From: an uncultured Chthonomonadaceae bacterium
GTDB lineage: Bacteria; Armatimonadota; Chthonomonadetes; Chthonomonadales; Chthonomonadaceae
Reading direction: 5' to 3'
Assembly: GCA_963817895.1 (NCBI GenBank)
Contig: CAWFQB010000001.1
Coordinates: forward strand, 1,504,001-1,568,000
DNA: 64,000 nt
Made by a program: the position numbers and the translations under genes. Below, one piece after another: positions 11,390-21,820 of the stretch. Positions within the stretch are counted from its first letter, which is position 1, and each line of letters opens with the position of its first letter. The notes below the pieces were generated by a model. It ran no database searches, was not told where the DNA came from, and saw nothing but the letters and a program-made list of their open reading frames with translations.

Positions 11390-12910
11390 TCAAACCTCCG
11401 CGTTAGTTGCCGGCGCGTTGTCGTGGGACATGATGCTGTGATGCCTGCCGTACCCGAAATAAATTACCATGCCGATTGCCAGCCACACAAACAGGCGTAT
11501 CCAGTTCTCTACCGGCAGCGAGAACATCAGCAGCAGGCAAGTGGCGATACCCAAAATCGGCACCAGGGGAACCAGCGGGGCGCGGAAAGGACGCGGGGTT
11601 TCCGGGTGGGTGCGGCGCATAATCAGCACGGCGGCGCATACGATCACGAACGCCAGAAGGGTTCCAATGCTGACCAGGTCGGCCAACACGCGCAGGGGCA
11701 GAAAGGCCGACAGCAGCCCGACGAAAACGCCCGTCAGAATGGTTGATTTCCAGGGCGTCTGGAAGCGGGGATGCACCGCGCCGAAGAAACTTTTGGGCAG
11801 CAGGCCGTCGCGCCCCATCGCAAGCAGAATGCGCGGCTGACTGAGCATCGTCACCAGCAGGACGGACGTAATGCCCGCAACCGCGCCCACGGAAATGAGC
11901 AACTCGGCCCAGGGCAACCCGGCCTGCCGGAACGCATCGGATACGGGCGCATCCACATTGATGTGATTGTAGGGAACCATTCCCGTCAGCACCGCCGCGA
12001 CCAGAATGTAGAGTATGGTACACATCACCAGCGAGCCGAGAATGGCAAGCGGAACGTCGCGCTGTGGATTTTTCGCTTCCTCGGCATGGGTCGAAATGGA
12101 GTCGAAGCCGATATACGCGAAGAAGATAATGCCAGCCCCGGCCAACATGCCCAGGGGTTCGCCGCCTTTGCCGGACTGCCCGAACAGCGTCTTGCCGAAA
12201 AAGCTGACGCCCGAATATCCATACGGCGCAAAGGGATGCCAGTTGGCCGGGTGAACATAGAACGCGCCCACGATAATAACGAAAGCCACTATGGCCAGCT
12301 TGACCAGCACCATAACCGAATTAAACTTGACGCTCTCCTTGACGCCCTTGACAAGCACGAGCGTGATGAGGGCCGTAATGAAGATGGCCGGGAGATCAAA
12401 CAGCGCTCCTGTCGGCTGCATACGGCCCTGCGTGGGATCGTAGTCGAAGGGGGCCGTCGCCACCAGATGAGGCAGATGGAGGTGAAAGATGCCTAAGAAA
12501 GCCTGAAAATATTTCGACCAGCCATGCGCCACCGCTGCCGCGGAAACGGCGTATTCGAGAACCAGGTCCCAGCCGATAATCCAGGCGAACATCTCTCCCA
12601 GAGTGGCATAAGCATAGGTGTACGCCGACCCCGCGACCGGAACCATCGCGGCGAACTCCGAGTAGCAGAGCGCGGCAAAGATACAGGCCAGAGCCGCCAC
12701 GATGAACGACAGGATCAGGGCGGGGCCGGTCTTGTCATGGGCGGCCACGCCCGTCAGCACAAAGATGCCCGTCCCGATGATCGCGCCCACGCCCAGACTG
12801 GTCAGGGCAACGGGGGTGAGGACGCGGTTCAGGTGAACTTTGCCGGCCTCCCCTTCCACCTCCTTCAGCAGTATTGCCAGTGGCTTTCTGGCGAACAATG
12901 GGTTGCTCAT
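11390..12910 (-). CDS. APC-family amino acid permease
   Basis: GVGAIIGTGIFVLTG, GSAYTYAY, FFAYIGFD, EEAKNPQRD; multiple TM segments. Confidence 0.95.
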   Translation of the reverse strand: MSNPLFARKPLAILLKEVEGEAGKVHLNRVLTPVALTSLGVGAIIGTGIFVLTGVAAHDKTGPALILSFIVAALACIFAALCYSEFAAMVPVAGSAYTYAYATLGEMFAWIIGWDLVLEYAVSAAAVAHGWSKYFQAFLGIFHLHLPHLVATAPFDYDPTQGRMQPTGALFDLPAIFITALITLVLVKGVKESVKFNSVMVLVKLAIVAFVIIVGAFYVHPANWHPFAPYGYSGVSFFGKTLFGQSGKGGEPLGMLAGAGIIFFAYIGFDSISTHAEEAKNPQRDVPLAILGSLVMCTILYILVAAVLTGMVPYNHINVDAPVSDAFRQAGLPWAELLISVGAVAGITSVLLVTMLSQPRILLAMGRDGLLPKSFFGAVHPRFQTPWKSTILTGVFVGLLSAFLPLRVLADLVSIGTLLAFVIVCAAVLIMRRTHPETPRPFRAPLVPLVPILGIATCLLLMFSLPVENWIRLFVWLAIGMVIYFGYGRHHSIMSHDNAPATNAEV

Positions 12911-12923
12911 TCAAAAGTCCCTT

Positions 12924-13643
12924 CTATTTCGCTTTCTCGTACATCTTCTGGTAGGCCTCGGCTTTCGCCAGCAGGTCGCCTCGCCTCTTTTGCAGCGTTT
13001 TGCGCGCGTCGAAGCCGGCAACGCCCGTACCCTCGAAGGTGTCCCTCAATGCCAGCCCGCCGCTTGCGACGCCGGTAAGAAGGGAATTGTCCTGATGCGC
13101 TTTTTCAATCTCGCCGCTGATGACAAAGGCGAGGGTCAGGTAGGTATAGGAGCGTTCCAGGTCTTTGTCGGTCGTGATGTCGGCTTTGGGAAACTCCTTT
13201 TTCCACTGCGCTTTGTCGTAGTAGTAGACTTTCGCCAGCTTCACCATCGCCCAGGGATTGAGGTAGTCGTCTGCGGCGATGGTCATATACTTGATATAGT
13301 TGGCGTAATCATCCTTTTGGATAGCCTTTAAGCCCAGGTAGTAGAAGCCCCAGGAAGCCTCATACAGCGTGACATTTTTGGCGTTCAGGCCGGCCTTGAT
13401 TTCCGGTATGTCGGCTTTTCTGTCGCGCTCGATGATCGCTTTGACCTGCTCGAACTTTCCGACAGGCAGATGAAGTTGATTATAATGGTTGGCGCATAGA
13501 CTGTCAAGGCCACTCGTTTTGGCGGGGCTGTTGCGGACCGGCGCGGCTTCGGCAGTTTTCGAGGAGGCTGTGGCGCATCCAATCAGCGCGACAAGCAGCA
13601 GTGAAAGCGGCAACGGGTTTTGCGTTAGACGGTTCATAATCAC
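12924..13643 (-). CDS. Secreted hypothetical protein, possibly with a Sel1-like repeat
   Basis: Signal peptide; AMVKLAKVYYY...DLERSYTYLTLA. Confidence 0.65.
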   Translation of the reverse strand: MIMNRLTQNPLPLSLLLVALIGCATASSKTAEAAPVRNSPAKTSGLDSLCANHYNQLHLPVGKFEQVKAIIERDRKADIPEIKAGLNAKNVTLYEASWGFYYLGLKAIQKDDYANYIKYMTIAADDYLNPWAMVKLAKVYYYDKAQWKKEFPKADITTDKDLERSYTYLTLAFVISGEIEKAHQDNSLLTGVASGGLALRDTFEGTGVAGFDARKTLQKRRGDLLAKAEAYQKMYEKAK

Positions 13644-14010
13644 GAGTTTCCTTTCAAATCAAAGCCGCGTCAAGCCGCGTCGCGCGGACATGGCAGGCAT
13701 CAACAGGCAGCGCGGTTCAGGCTGTCAACGTCCGGGGCGGGTACGCCGAGACGGTTACGTCGCAACTGCGCGATGCTGAAAGGAATGTACGCGCCAACCG
13801 TGATACTTCCGTAAAACTCTCGTGATATTTTGAACAGGCAAAGATATTAACGAGCGCAACCTATGGCTCCTTTACCTCCTCCGGTCTGCTAAATTTTCCG
13901 TCAGGGTTCCTGATAAAAACGAATGTTTTTCCGAATTCGAGCAGGAACGTTTCCCGGCGATAGCGTAATACTATCTTGATTGCGCGCCTGTCCATTTCAA
14001 TCGCAGCCGT

Positions 14011-15869
14011 ATGCCTTTTGCAGAGGAGCTTTCCGCCGTGAACTTTGTCAAATATGTCTCCGATAACCCGTATCGTCTGCTGCAAGTCGGTTCCGGCGCC
14101 TCGTCCCGCGATCTGCGCAAAGCGGCGGAAAAAGCCGCCCGAACCGTACAGGCCGGACTGCCGCAGGAAGTAGGACTGGAAACCACATTCGGGGCCGAGG
14201 AACTGCCGCGCGCTGCCGACCTTGCGCGAAATCTGGCGAACGATCCGCCGCAGCAGACGATTTACCGCCTGTTCTGGCCGTTCGCGTATGAACGCCCGCC
14301 CCAGGCGGACGGCACAAGCGGCGACCTGCAATGGCTTATCGCGCATCCGCTTTCCCCCTCCGCGTTTTATGTGACGCAACTGCGCTTTTTGCAGGCATGG
14401 TTCGATTATCAGGAAGCCCCGACATCGGAAAATGCCCGCAGAGTCTGACGGCCTTTCACGCGCTAATGTATGATGCGGAATGTGGCTATTACCTGGGCGA
14501 CCTGCTGCGGCAGGAGGGCGCGGACGCTTCCGCGACGCTTCCGATGGTATGGGAGCAGGCTTCGGCGCATCTGCTGGAAACCCTCTGCCAGCAGGCTGCC
14601 GACGCCTGGGAAGCGGGGGATGATGCCCGGTCGCAGGCGCTCGTCGGCGTGGTTTGCGCGTCCGGCTTTTCCGAGGCGACGGTGAACGCCGCGCTGAAAG
14701 TGATGGTGTCGGCGGGCAACCGCGAAGTGGCGCGTCTGCATACCATCAGCGACAGTTTCGACGGCTGGACCCCCGAACGCGGAACGTACAACCTACAGGA
14801 ACTCTCCAAATTGCGCGGGCTTGCCGATTTGATCGCGCCCCGCGTCCCCTCCGCCCGATTGTGGCAGCAGGAGATTGACGATTGCGTGGGCAACGTGGCC
14901 GGACACATGCGCAGCCACGCCATTGACATCGCCAACGAGAAAGAGGATTGGAGCGGCAGCCGCGCCATTTTGCAGCAGATACAAACCCTGCCGCTTTCCG
15001 CCGAATGGCGCGAGCGGCTGACCGGCGATTACGCGCAGCTTGAAAAGAACGAGAAGATGGCGGGGCGGACGCTGAAAGCGGGCGACATTCGCCCCGTAGA
15101 TAAGCCGCCCTCACTGTCAACCATCAACGGCATCGGCACGAAACTGTACGGGCGTTCCATGCTGGATCGGGACACCGGCATTTATATCAGCACCCTGTAT
15201 TTTGTCGTGCTGTTTCTGCCCATTTTCCCGATGGCCCGTTATGTGGTGCGGGACGCGGAGGGCGGCGGCTGGTACTTCATGGGCAAAGCCCCGCTGTCGA
15301 AATTCAATAAGGCCCATCTTGGCGTTTCGCTCGCTATGACCGCGATTTTCGCGCTTTGCATCATGTTCAGCGCGCCTTCGGGCAGTTCGAGCCGCTCTTA
15401 CAATTCCGACAGCAGTTACTCGTCTTCCCCCTCCTCCTCCGTGATGCCCGATGGTTCCGCAACCGGAGATGAGACCGGCAATCCGCCCCCGCCGCCTGCC
15501 AACGAAACGCCGGAACAGCGCAAATCCCGCCTGTACGCGGAAGCCCTGCGCATCAAATTGCGCCTGAAAACGGAAGAGGACACGCTGCCACAGGCCAAAA
15601 CCGGGGTCACGGAGGAGCGAACGCGATTGGAAGCGCAGGAGAAAGAGGTTCTGGACGAGCGCGACAAGCTGGAAAAAGCGCGTAAGGCTGGACACAAACC
15701 GACGGCCAAACAAAAGGCGGATTTCAAAGCAAAGATAGATAAACTGGAAGAGGGATGGACGGCGTTCGATAAAACCGTGCAAGCCTACAACAAGCGCATA
15801 GATAAGGACAAGGCGGATGTGGCGCGCTTGAAGCAGATTGCCGACGTTCTCAAGCAGACGGGGGAATAG
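14011..15869 (+). CDS. Membrane-anchored protein with a J-domain-like N-terminus (one frameshift near 14440)
   Basis: DNPYRLLQVGSGASSRDLRKAAEK resembles J-domain helices I-II. ORFs 14011-14448 and 14331-15869 join with a single indel. Hydrophobic segments and a C-terminal coiled coil follow. Confidence 0.65.
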
Positions 15870-15871
15870 GC

Positions 15872-16297
15872 ATGGACGCCAACGATGCCGGACAGGAAGC
15901 ATCTCACGCAACCGACGCGGGGCAGAACGCGGTTGCCTTACCGGATGCGGCGCAGGAGGCGGGCCGCCTTTCGCTGGAACGGGGCGGCATGAGCGACCTG
16001 ATGGTAGACCTATGGCGCATCCAGAAGCGGGCGCAACGCGATCCGGCCACTTCCGAGGGCGTACACATCGCCTGCGAACGCGCTCTGGAACGCGCCCACG
16101 CGCTGGGCTTTGAACTGCAAGAGATGACAGGCGAACCCTACCACGCGAACATGAACCTGCGCGTGGCGCATCGCGACGGCGGGGAGCAGAACCTGCGCAT
16201 CAGCGAGTGCCTGTCGCCCGCCGTATACTTTACCCCGGCGCAATCCAGTCAAAAGCAGTTGATACGCAAGGCCGAAGTAGTTATACAGGGAGAGTAA
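15872..16297 (+). CDS. GrpE-like protein
   Basis: A helix followed by GFELQEMTGEPYHANM...ISECLSPAVYF...LIRKAEVVI matches the GrpE beta-domain pattern. It is adjacent to Hsp70. Confidence 0.65.
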   Translation: MDANDAGQEASHATDAGQNAVALPDAAQEAGRLSLERGGMSDLMVDLWRIQKRAQRDPATSEGVHIACERALERAHALGFELQEMTGEPYHANMNLRVAHRDGGEQNLRISECLSPAVYFTPAQSSQKQLIRKAEVVIQGE

Positions 16298-16393
16298 GAA
16301 GTTGATAGTTGCCCTCACCCCCTGCCCCTCTCCCAAAAAAGACTGGGAGAGGGGAGACTTTAACATGGGAATTGGAACGGAGAAAGCGCGAAT

Positions 16394-18802
16394 ATGGAGC
16401 GGCAAACGGTTGACTTCGGCATTGATTTAGGCACGACCAATTCGGTCATCGCCCGAGCCACGCCGCGCGGCGTCAAGATCGTGAAGAACGGACACGAGAC
16501 GGAAATCACGCCCTCGGCTGTCGCTTGCACCCCACAGGGACAAATGCTCATCGGTGAGGACGCATTAGACAAGCCCGATTTGTCGCCTGTCACGCGGTTC
16601 AAGCGGCTGATGGGAACGGCGAGTCGACAGGCGCTTGCGGATGGCCGCGCCCTGCTGCCGGAAGAGTTTTCCGCCGAAGTGCTGAAGGAGCTGAAAGCCT
16701 GCGTGCAATTGCGCTACGATATTCAGCCGGAACACGTTGTGATCACGGTTCCCGCCATGTTTCAGCAGCCGCAATGCGAAGCCACGCACCGGGCGGCGGA
16801 ACTGGCCGGACTGAAAGCCGTCACATTGCTGCAAGAACCGATTGCGGCGGCAACCGCGTGTTTGAATGAAGAGCCGGAAGAGGGCAATTATCTGGTGTAC
16901 GATCTGGGCGGCGGCACGTTCGACGTGTCCATTGTGCGGCTCAGGGATGGCGAAATGAATGTTGTCGCGCACGGCGGCGACAACTATCTGGGCGGCGCGG
17001 ATTTCGACCAGAAGATTTTTGATTGGGCGGTAGACCAACTGGAAATGAAGTTCGTGCCACTGCCCCAATTGCGCAAACCGCCCCTGCGCGACCGCCTGCT
17101 TCAGGAGTGCGAAGAGGCCAAGAAACGCCTGAGCGTCCACGAGTCAACCGCCATTGACCTGAGCGATTTTGCCCTGCCCCTCGCGCAACTGACGTTTACC
17201 CGCGAACGGCTTGAGCGGCTGATGGAAGAGGATGTTGCCCGCACGATGCGCTTTGTCCGCGAACGATTGCAGGCGGCGAACCTGAAACCGCAGGACATAC
17301 GCAGCATTCTGCTTGTCGGCGGGGCCACCAAATCCCCTATTGTGCGGCAGCGTTTGAAATCGGAATTCAACATCCCTTTATCGTTGGATCACGACCCGAT
17401 GACGGTTGTGGCGGTGGGCGCGGCCATTCACGCCAGCGCGTTGCTGAAACCGGATCGGGCCAGCGCAATGCCCCTGACCGGAACACAGGAGTTGAACCTC
17501 GAACTGTATTATGAGCCGGTGGCTCTGGATAAGGAGTGCGCCGTATCGGGCAAAGTAACGTCGCCGCCCGGATTTGCGGGGGAAGTCCGGCTTGCCCGGA
17601 TGAGCGGCGATTGGGATACGGGCTGGATGCCCCTGCGCAACGGCGCGTTTTTAAGCGATGTGCTGCTTGGTCGGGAAGCGGTCACGGACTTTACCCTTGC
17701 CGCGCGCGATCAGACCGGAACCCTGTGGAAAACGCGCCCGGAGGGGCTGACGATTCGCTACGGCGTGGCCGCAGCGCGTCCGGTCACGCCTTACAACTAC
17801 GGCGTCGCCCTTTCCGACGGCAAGTTCGGCCCGATTGTTAGTCAGGGCAAGCCGCTTCCCGCGCAGAATACGGTCATATTCGGCGCGGCGAAAACCGTAT
17901 CGGCAGGCTCGGAAGACTCGCTCGTGATTCATTTCATCGAGGGACACAGCACAATCGCAACGGACAATGTAGAGGTTGGGGAACTGAAAATCAGCGGGGC
18001 GGATTTGTCGCGGACGCTGCGGGCGGGCGAGAAAATCGAAGTGCGTATACAGATGGACGAGTCGCGGCGTCTGGAAGCCCGCGTATCCATCCCCATGCTG
18101 GATTTGGATTTCAAGGCGCGGCTGATTTCAAGTCTGGAAACCCCGCATCTGGACGATCTGGAACACTCGCTGGCGGAAGCCAAAAACACGGTGCAGAAGA
18201 TCGAAGGCGCGGTGACGGAAGAGGATCAGGATGTGGTGCTGCGTTCCAGCCGGGAACTGGAACAACTGGAAGCGCAGGTGGAAAACATTCAGCCGGACGA
18301 CGTTGGCGTGGCGGAGCGCGCGGCCAAGAAACTGGCGGACATCAAGGCACAGGTGCGCGGCCTGAGCGACAAGTACGGCGCGACAGTGGCGTATCGGGAA
18401 GCGAACGAGGCCATTGACCTTGCCGCGCAAATGACCGATCAGTTCCGCGACAGTCTGGGACAGGCGCAGGTGGAGGATATGCGCCGGGACGCCGAAGACT
18501 ATCTCCGCCAAAACGAGACGCGCAGCCTGCAAGCCCTGAAAGTCCGCGCCATGGAGTTGTTCTGGAAGCACTACCCGAAAACAGAAGAGTGCTGGACGGG
18601 ATGGATCGAATTTCTGCGCGAAAACAGGGAGTCGGCTTCGGACGCGCGGGCGTTCCACGAGTATCTGCGGCAGGCGGAGGATTGCTTGCAACGGCATGAT
18701 GTGGAGGGCGTCCGCTGGAACGTAGTGCGCGCCACCGCCTTCCTGCCCAAAAGCGAAGTGCAGACCAACCGCTTCTACAACGCCGGCCTGCGCAGTTTGT
18801 AA
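16394..18802 (+). CDS. Atypical Hsp70-family protein (802 aa)
   Basis: GIDLGTTNS, VITVPAMF, EPIAAA, YDLGGGTFDVS, LGGADFD, LLVGGATKSP. The C-terminal half is extended and divergent. Confidence 0.92.
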   Translation: MERQTVDFGIDLGTTNSVIARATPRGVKIVKNGHETEITPSAVACTPQGQMLIGEDALDKPDLSPVTRFKRLMGTASRQALADGRALLPEEFSAEVLKELKACVQLRYDIQPEHVVITVPAMFQQPQCEATHRAAELAGLKAVTLLQEPIAAATACLNEEPEEGNYLVYDLGGGTFDVSIVRLRDGEMNVVAHGGDNYLGGADFDQKIFDWAVDQLEMKFVPLPQLRKPPLRDRLLQECEEAKKRLSVHESTAIDLSDFALPLAQLTFTRERLERLMEEDVARTMRFVRERLQAANLKPQDIRSILLVGGATKSPIVRQRLKSEFNIPLSLDHDPMTVVAVGAAIHASALLKPDRASAMPLTGTQELNLELYYEPVALDKECAVSGKVTSPPGFAGEVRLARMSGDWDTGWMPLRNGAFLSDVLLGREAVTDFTLAARDQTGTLWKTRPEGLTIRYGVAAARPVTPYNYGVALSDGKFGPIVSQGKPLPAQNTVIFGAAKTVSAGSEDSLVIHFIEGHSTIATDNVEVGELKISGADLSRTLRAGEKIEVRIQMDESRRLEARVSIPMLDLDFKARLISSLETPHLDDLEHSLAEAKNTVQKIEGAVTEEDQDVVLRSSRELEQLEAQVENIQPDDVGVAERAAKKLADIKAQVRGLSDKYGATVAYREANEAIDLAAQMTDQFRDSLGQAQVEDMRRDAEDYLRQNETRSLQALKVRAMELFWKHYPKTEECWTGWIEFLRENRESASDARAFHEYLRQAEDCLQRHDVEGVRWNVVRATAFLPKSEVQTNRFYNAGLRSL

Positions 18803-18848
18803 AATCCAAAGCCGTTCAAATAAGGTGGTTGTCACCTCAAAAACACGT

Positions 18849-18940
18849 TCGTAGGGACACAACTTGTTGTGTCCGCATTGACACGGTTGTGTCCGCGTAG
18901 CCGTTATTGGAAGAGGACACAACAAGTTGTGTCCCTACGA
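18849..18940. repeat. GTAG-type REP pair (REPIN-like)
   Basis: Perfect 26-bp inverted repeat TCGTAGGGACACAACTTGTTGTGTCC at 18849-18874 and 18915-18940; each arm is internally palindromic. Confidence 0.85.
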
Positions 18941-18972
18941 GTTGGTATTGCTTCAAGACAGGTGACAATTCT

Positions 18973-20865
18973 ATGTTCACTGCTCTAATGGTATGCCTGA
19001 CATTATGGGGGCAAAACGATGTTCGCGCGGTTCACCTGCCGCCGCGCGTTCGCAGTCTGGCGCAATTGGCGCAGGAGTTGCGGGCGCAGGGCATTGCCGC
19101 GCGGTGCGAGGCGGCAATCGGCAATCGGCTGGCGCTGGTATGCGTTCAAGATCGTAGTTGGGACGATTTGCGCCCCCTTCTGGAACGAGGGTTGGAACTG
19201 CGCTTTGTCCGGCAGCCGGAGGGCGCGTGGACGCTGACGGCGGATGCCGGGGTTGCGGCGCGCGAAACAACCCTGCGCAATGTCTTCGTCAAGCGCTACG
19301 AGAAGAGCGTAGACGACATACTCACGCCCGCGCTGGACGGGGCAGACGCCCTGAACCGTCTGGACGCGCCTGAAAAGGCTGCCAGAGAAAAGGAACTGCG
19401 CGGCATTATCGGTCTTCCGGGCGTTCCCGGCGGTTCGCCCATTCAGCGAGAAATCGCGGATTTAACGCTGAATCTGGCGTATTACAACGGCAAGCGGGCT
19501 GCGCTGTGGCCGTTGCGCCCACTGAATCTGGCCCCCTTGCTGACCTCGCCCGTTTCCCATGCGCAGCGCGTTCTCGACATCGCGCAGGACAACTCGGAAG
19601 CCGCTTTGCGCTTTCGCGCCGGACTGCAGATTTCGCGCCAGAACAACAAATTCGCGGATGCCGCGCAGTTGGATTGGTACAGCAGCCTGCGCTTTCATCC
19701 CCTGACGTTCAGCGTTACGGAGAATATCCGGGGCGTGTTCGAGCCGAACGGCATTGTGAGCGGCAGCGCGGAACTGGTTCCCGGCAGTATCCGGCATCTG
19801 TATTTCGGCCTGCGGGACGTATTTACGGGCGCGGGGCAGGGCGACACTCTGGCAGCCGATGAACAGGCGACGGACGCATGGCTTACGCAAATTAGCAGCG
19901 GCAGCAATGGCGACAAACCTGTGTCTCTGGAGGTGGGCGAACGGTCGTTGTCGGCAATGGTACAAAAATGGAGCGCGAAGAACGGGCGCGAAGTTATCAT
20001 GGAGGTATCAGCGCATCGCGATATATTGCCCGGTTACAAAACGATTTCTTCCAAACTTATCCTCAACATAACGCGGGCGCTGCAAAGTGGGCATCTTCCC
20101 GAAGAGGGCGAACTGGATGAGGGGGCGCGTGTGGGTGAGCTGAATTGCGCGGCGTTACGCTATCTGAACGCCACGCCTGTAGTGGAGAAAACGCCCATAA
20201 ACGTCAACATGCGCGTGTGGACGGTTTCACAGGCCGAGAATGTCGCGCTCATCCACAACCAACTCGCTTTTCTGGACAACATTGCCCCTCGTAACCCCGC
20301 CGCGATGCTGCTGCTGACCGAACGCCGCGCCCTGCATGATGATCATCTGCTGACATTTGACGACCTGCTGGATGCCGCCCGCGCGTTGCCTCCCCGCGAC
20401 AATACCCTTGCTTCCGGCTCGTCCCTGTACGTAGGAATGGGCGATTTTGCCGACGCGTACCCGTTTCTACGGCTGCTGGATACGTATCCGCAACGTGACG
20501 CCTTGCAAAAAGAGCTGATCCAAAACGGCGTCGCGTATCTGGAGTGTCGCCACTGCGCCCTGTCCGCGCTCAATTCTCTGACCGACACGCTGCGTTCGCT
20601 GGCCCTGCTCGCGCCGAACGGCGTTGCCGAATTCGGATGCTTCAAACCCGACTTTCCGCAATGGCTGCGGCAGGGCGTGGTGGAAATCAAAGCCGAACCC
20701 TCCGAGTTCGGCAAGGGCGCGTGGCTGACATTCGCGCTGTACAAATCGGCAGAGCGCCAACCCGACCAGACGTATGCCCTTCCCGAAGCCTTATGGACGG
20801 CAACGGTTGGCCCCCTGAACAGCCCTCTTCCGCCTGCAAGCGCAAAGCCGAGCATCAGTCCATAA
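18973..20865 (+). CDS. Hypothetical exported protein
   Basis: Long ORF of about 630 aa with a short hydrophobic N-terminus and no recognised motif. Confidence 0.7.
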   Translation: MFTALMVCLTLWGQNDVRAVHLPPRVRSLAQLAQELRAQGIAARCEAAIGNRLALVCVQDRSWDDLRPLLERGLELRFVRQPEGAWTLTADAGVAARETTLRNVFVKRYEKSVDDILTPALDGADALNRLDAPEKAAREKELRGIIGLPGVPGGSPIQREIADLTLNLAYYNGKRAALWPLRPLNLAPLLTSPVSHAQRVLDIAQDNSEAALRFRAGLQISRQNNKFADAAQLDWYSSLRFHPLTFSVTENIRGVFEPNGIVSGSAELVPGSIRHLYFGLRDVFTGAGQGDTLAADEQATDAWLTQISSGSNGDKPVSLEVGERSLSAMVQKWSAKNGREVIMEVSAHRDILPGYKTISSKLILNITRALQSGHLPEEGELDEGARVGELNCAALRYLNATPVVEKTPINVNMRVWTVSQAENVALIHNQLAFLDNIAPRNPAAMLLLTERRALHDDHLLTFDDLLDAARALPPRDNTLASGSSLYVGMGDFADAYPFLRLLDTYPQRDALQKELIQNGVAYLECRHCALSALNSLTDTLRSLALLAPNGVAEFGCFKPDFPQWLRQGVVEIKAEPSEFGKGAWLTFALYKSAERQPDQTYALPEALWTATVGPLNSPLPPASAKPSISP

Positions 20866-20916
20866 TCAGGCGCGTGTTGAACCGGGTAACAATCCGCTAT
20901 TTAGCGTTGAATGCTT

Positions 20917-21375
20917 TTATGGAAGAATGTTTTGCCATGTGTCTGCTGAGACATAGCGCGAAATATGCGCTACGTTCGTGGTAGCAACAATAATATCTGT
21001 GGATGGCAAGCCCATCTCAATTACTTGCGCGGCAAGAATAACGTCGCCATCCAGCGCTTGTGGTGTTGCTGTCGCCCACCTGTTGTTCCGCGCCTGCGCC
21101 CACAAGTTGGCGGCATGGCGCATGACGCTTGTTGTCAGCGGCAGGTAGTCGAGCGTCAGCAGTAGGGCATCCAGTCGCGCAAGTCCTGCCACTTGATTGG
21201 CCCGAATCAGTTCCCTGCGCACTTCGTAGTCGGTAATTTCCGGCACATAGACACTACGCCCATTCACCAGCAAAGTTCGTAACCAGAGTTGACACGCATC
21301 TACATCTGCGGACTGCCCCGGCCTTTTCGTCACCAATCCAAGCGGACCGGAGTCAAGAAAAACGGTCTGGATCAT
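20917..21375 (-). CDS. PIN-domain (VapC-like) toxin
   Basis: VFLDSGPL, VPEITDYEVRRELIR, ALDGDVILAAQ, IVATTNVAH. Confidence 0.88.
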   Translation of the reverse strand: MIQTVFLDSGPLGLVTKRPGQSADVDACQLWLRTLLVNGRSVYVPEITDYEVRRELIRANQVAGLARLDALLLTLDYLPLTTSVMRHAANLWAQARNNRWATATPQALDGDVILAAQVIEMGLPSTDIIVATTNVAHISRYVSADTWQNILP

Positions 21376-21663
21376 GGATATACCGGGAGTTTTCCTTCGT
21401 CCGCGCGATTGGCGTTTATGCCAGCTTGAAACTCCGTCAACTCTGCTTCACGGCGGGCGAGTTCCGCCGCGTCGTCGGTTGCATCCTCTTGCCGCCACGA
21501 GTTCCAGCAGGGCGATAGCCGCCTTTTGCTTTGTGGTCAGTGTCGGGGGCGCAAGGCGGTCAATAGCCTCCCGCAGATAAACCTCCAGTGGCTTGCCCTG
21601 TGTCTGCGCCTGCGCTTGCAAACGGGCTTCCTGTTCTGGCGACAGGTCTAAGGTAACTGTCAT
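21372..21663 (-). CDS. Antitoxin of the PIN toxin (one frameshift near 21500)
   Basis: Starts MTVTLDLSPEQEARLQAQA. Removing one base gives LLESWRQEDATDDAAELARREAELTEFQAGINANR...VYP*, whose stop overlaps the toxin ATG (ATGA). Confidence 0.8.
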
Positions 21664-21820
21664 GTGTTTTCCCCTTTTCCCTTTTCCCTTTTCCTCTTGC
21701 GAGCAGATTGAAAATGGTGTCTTCTCGCGCGTGTATTAGCATTATACGCCACTCCGGTTTATTCCTGCAATTGGCTGACAGCGAGCAGACGTATGGGGAG
21801 TAGGGGCGTATAATAGGGGT

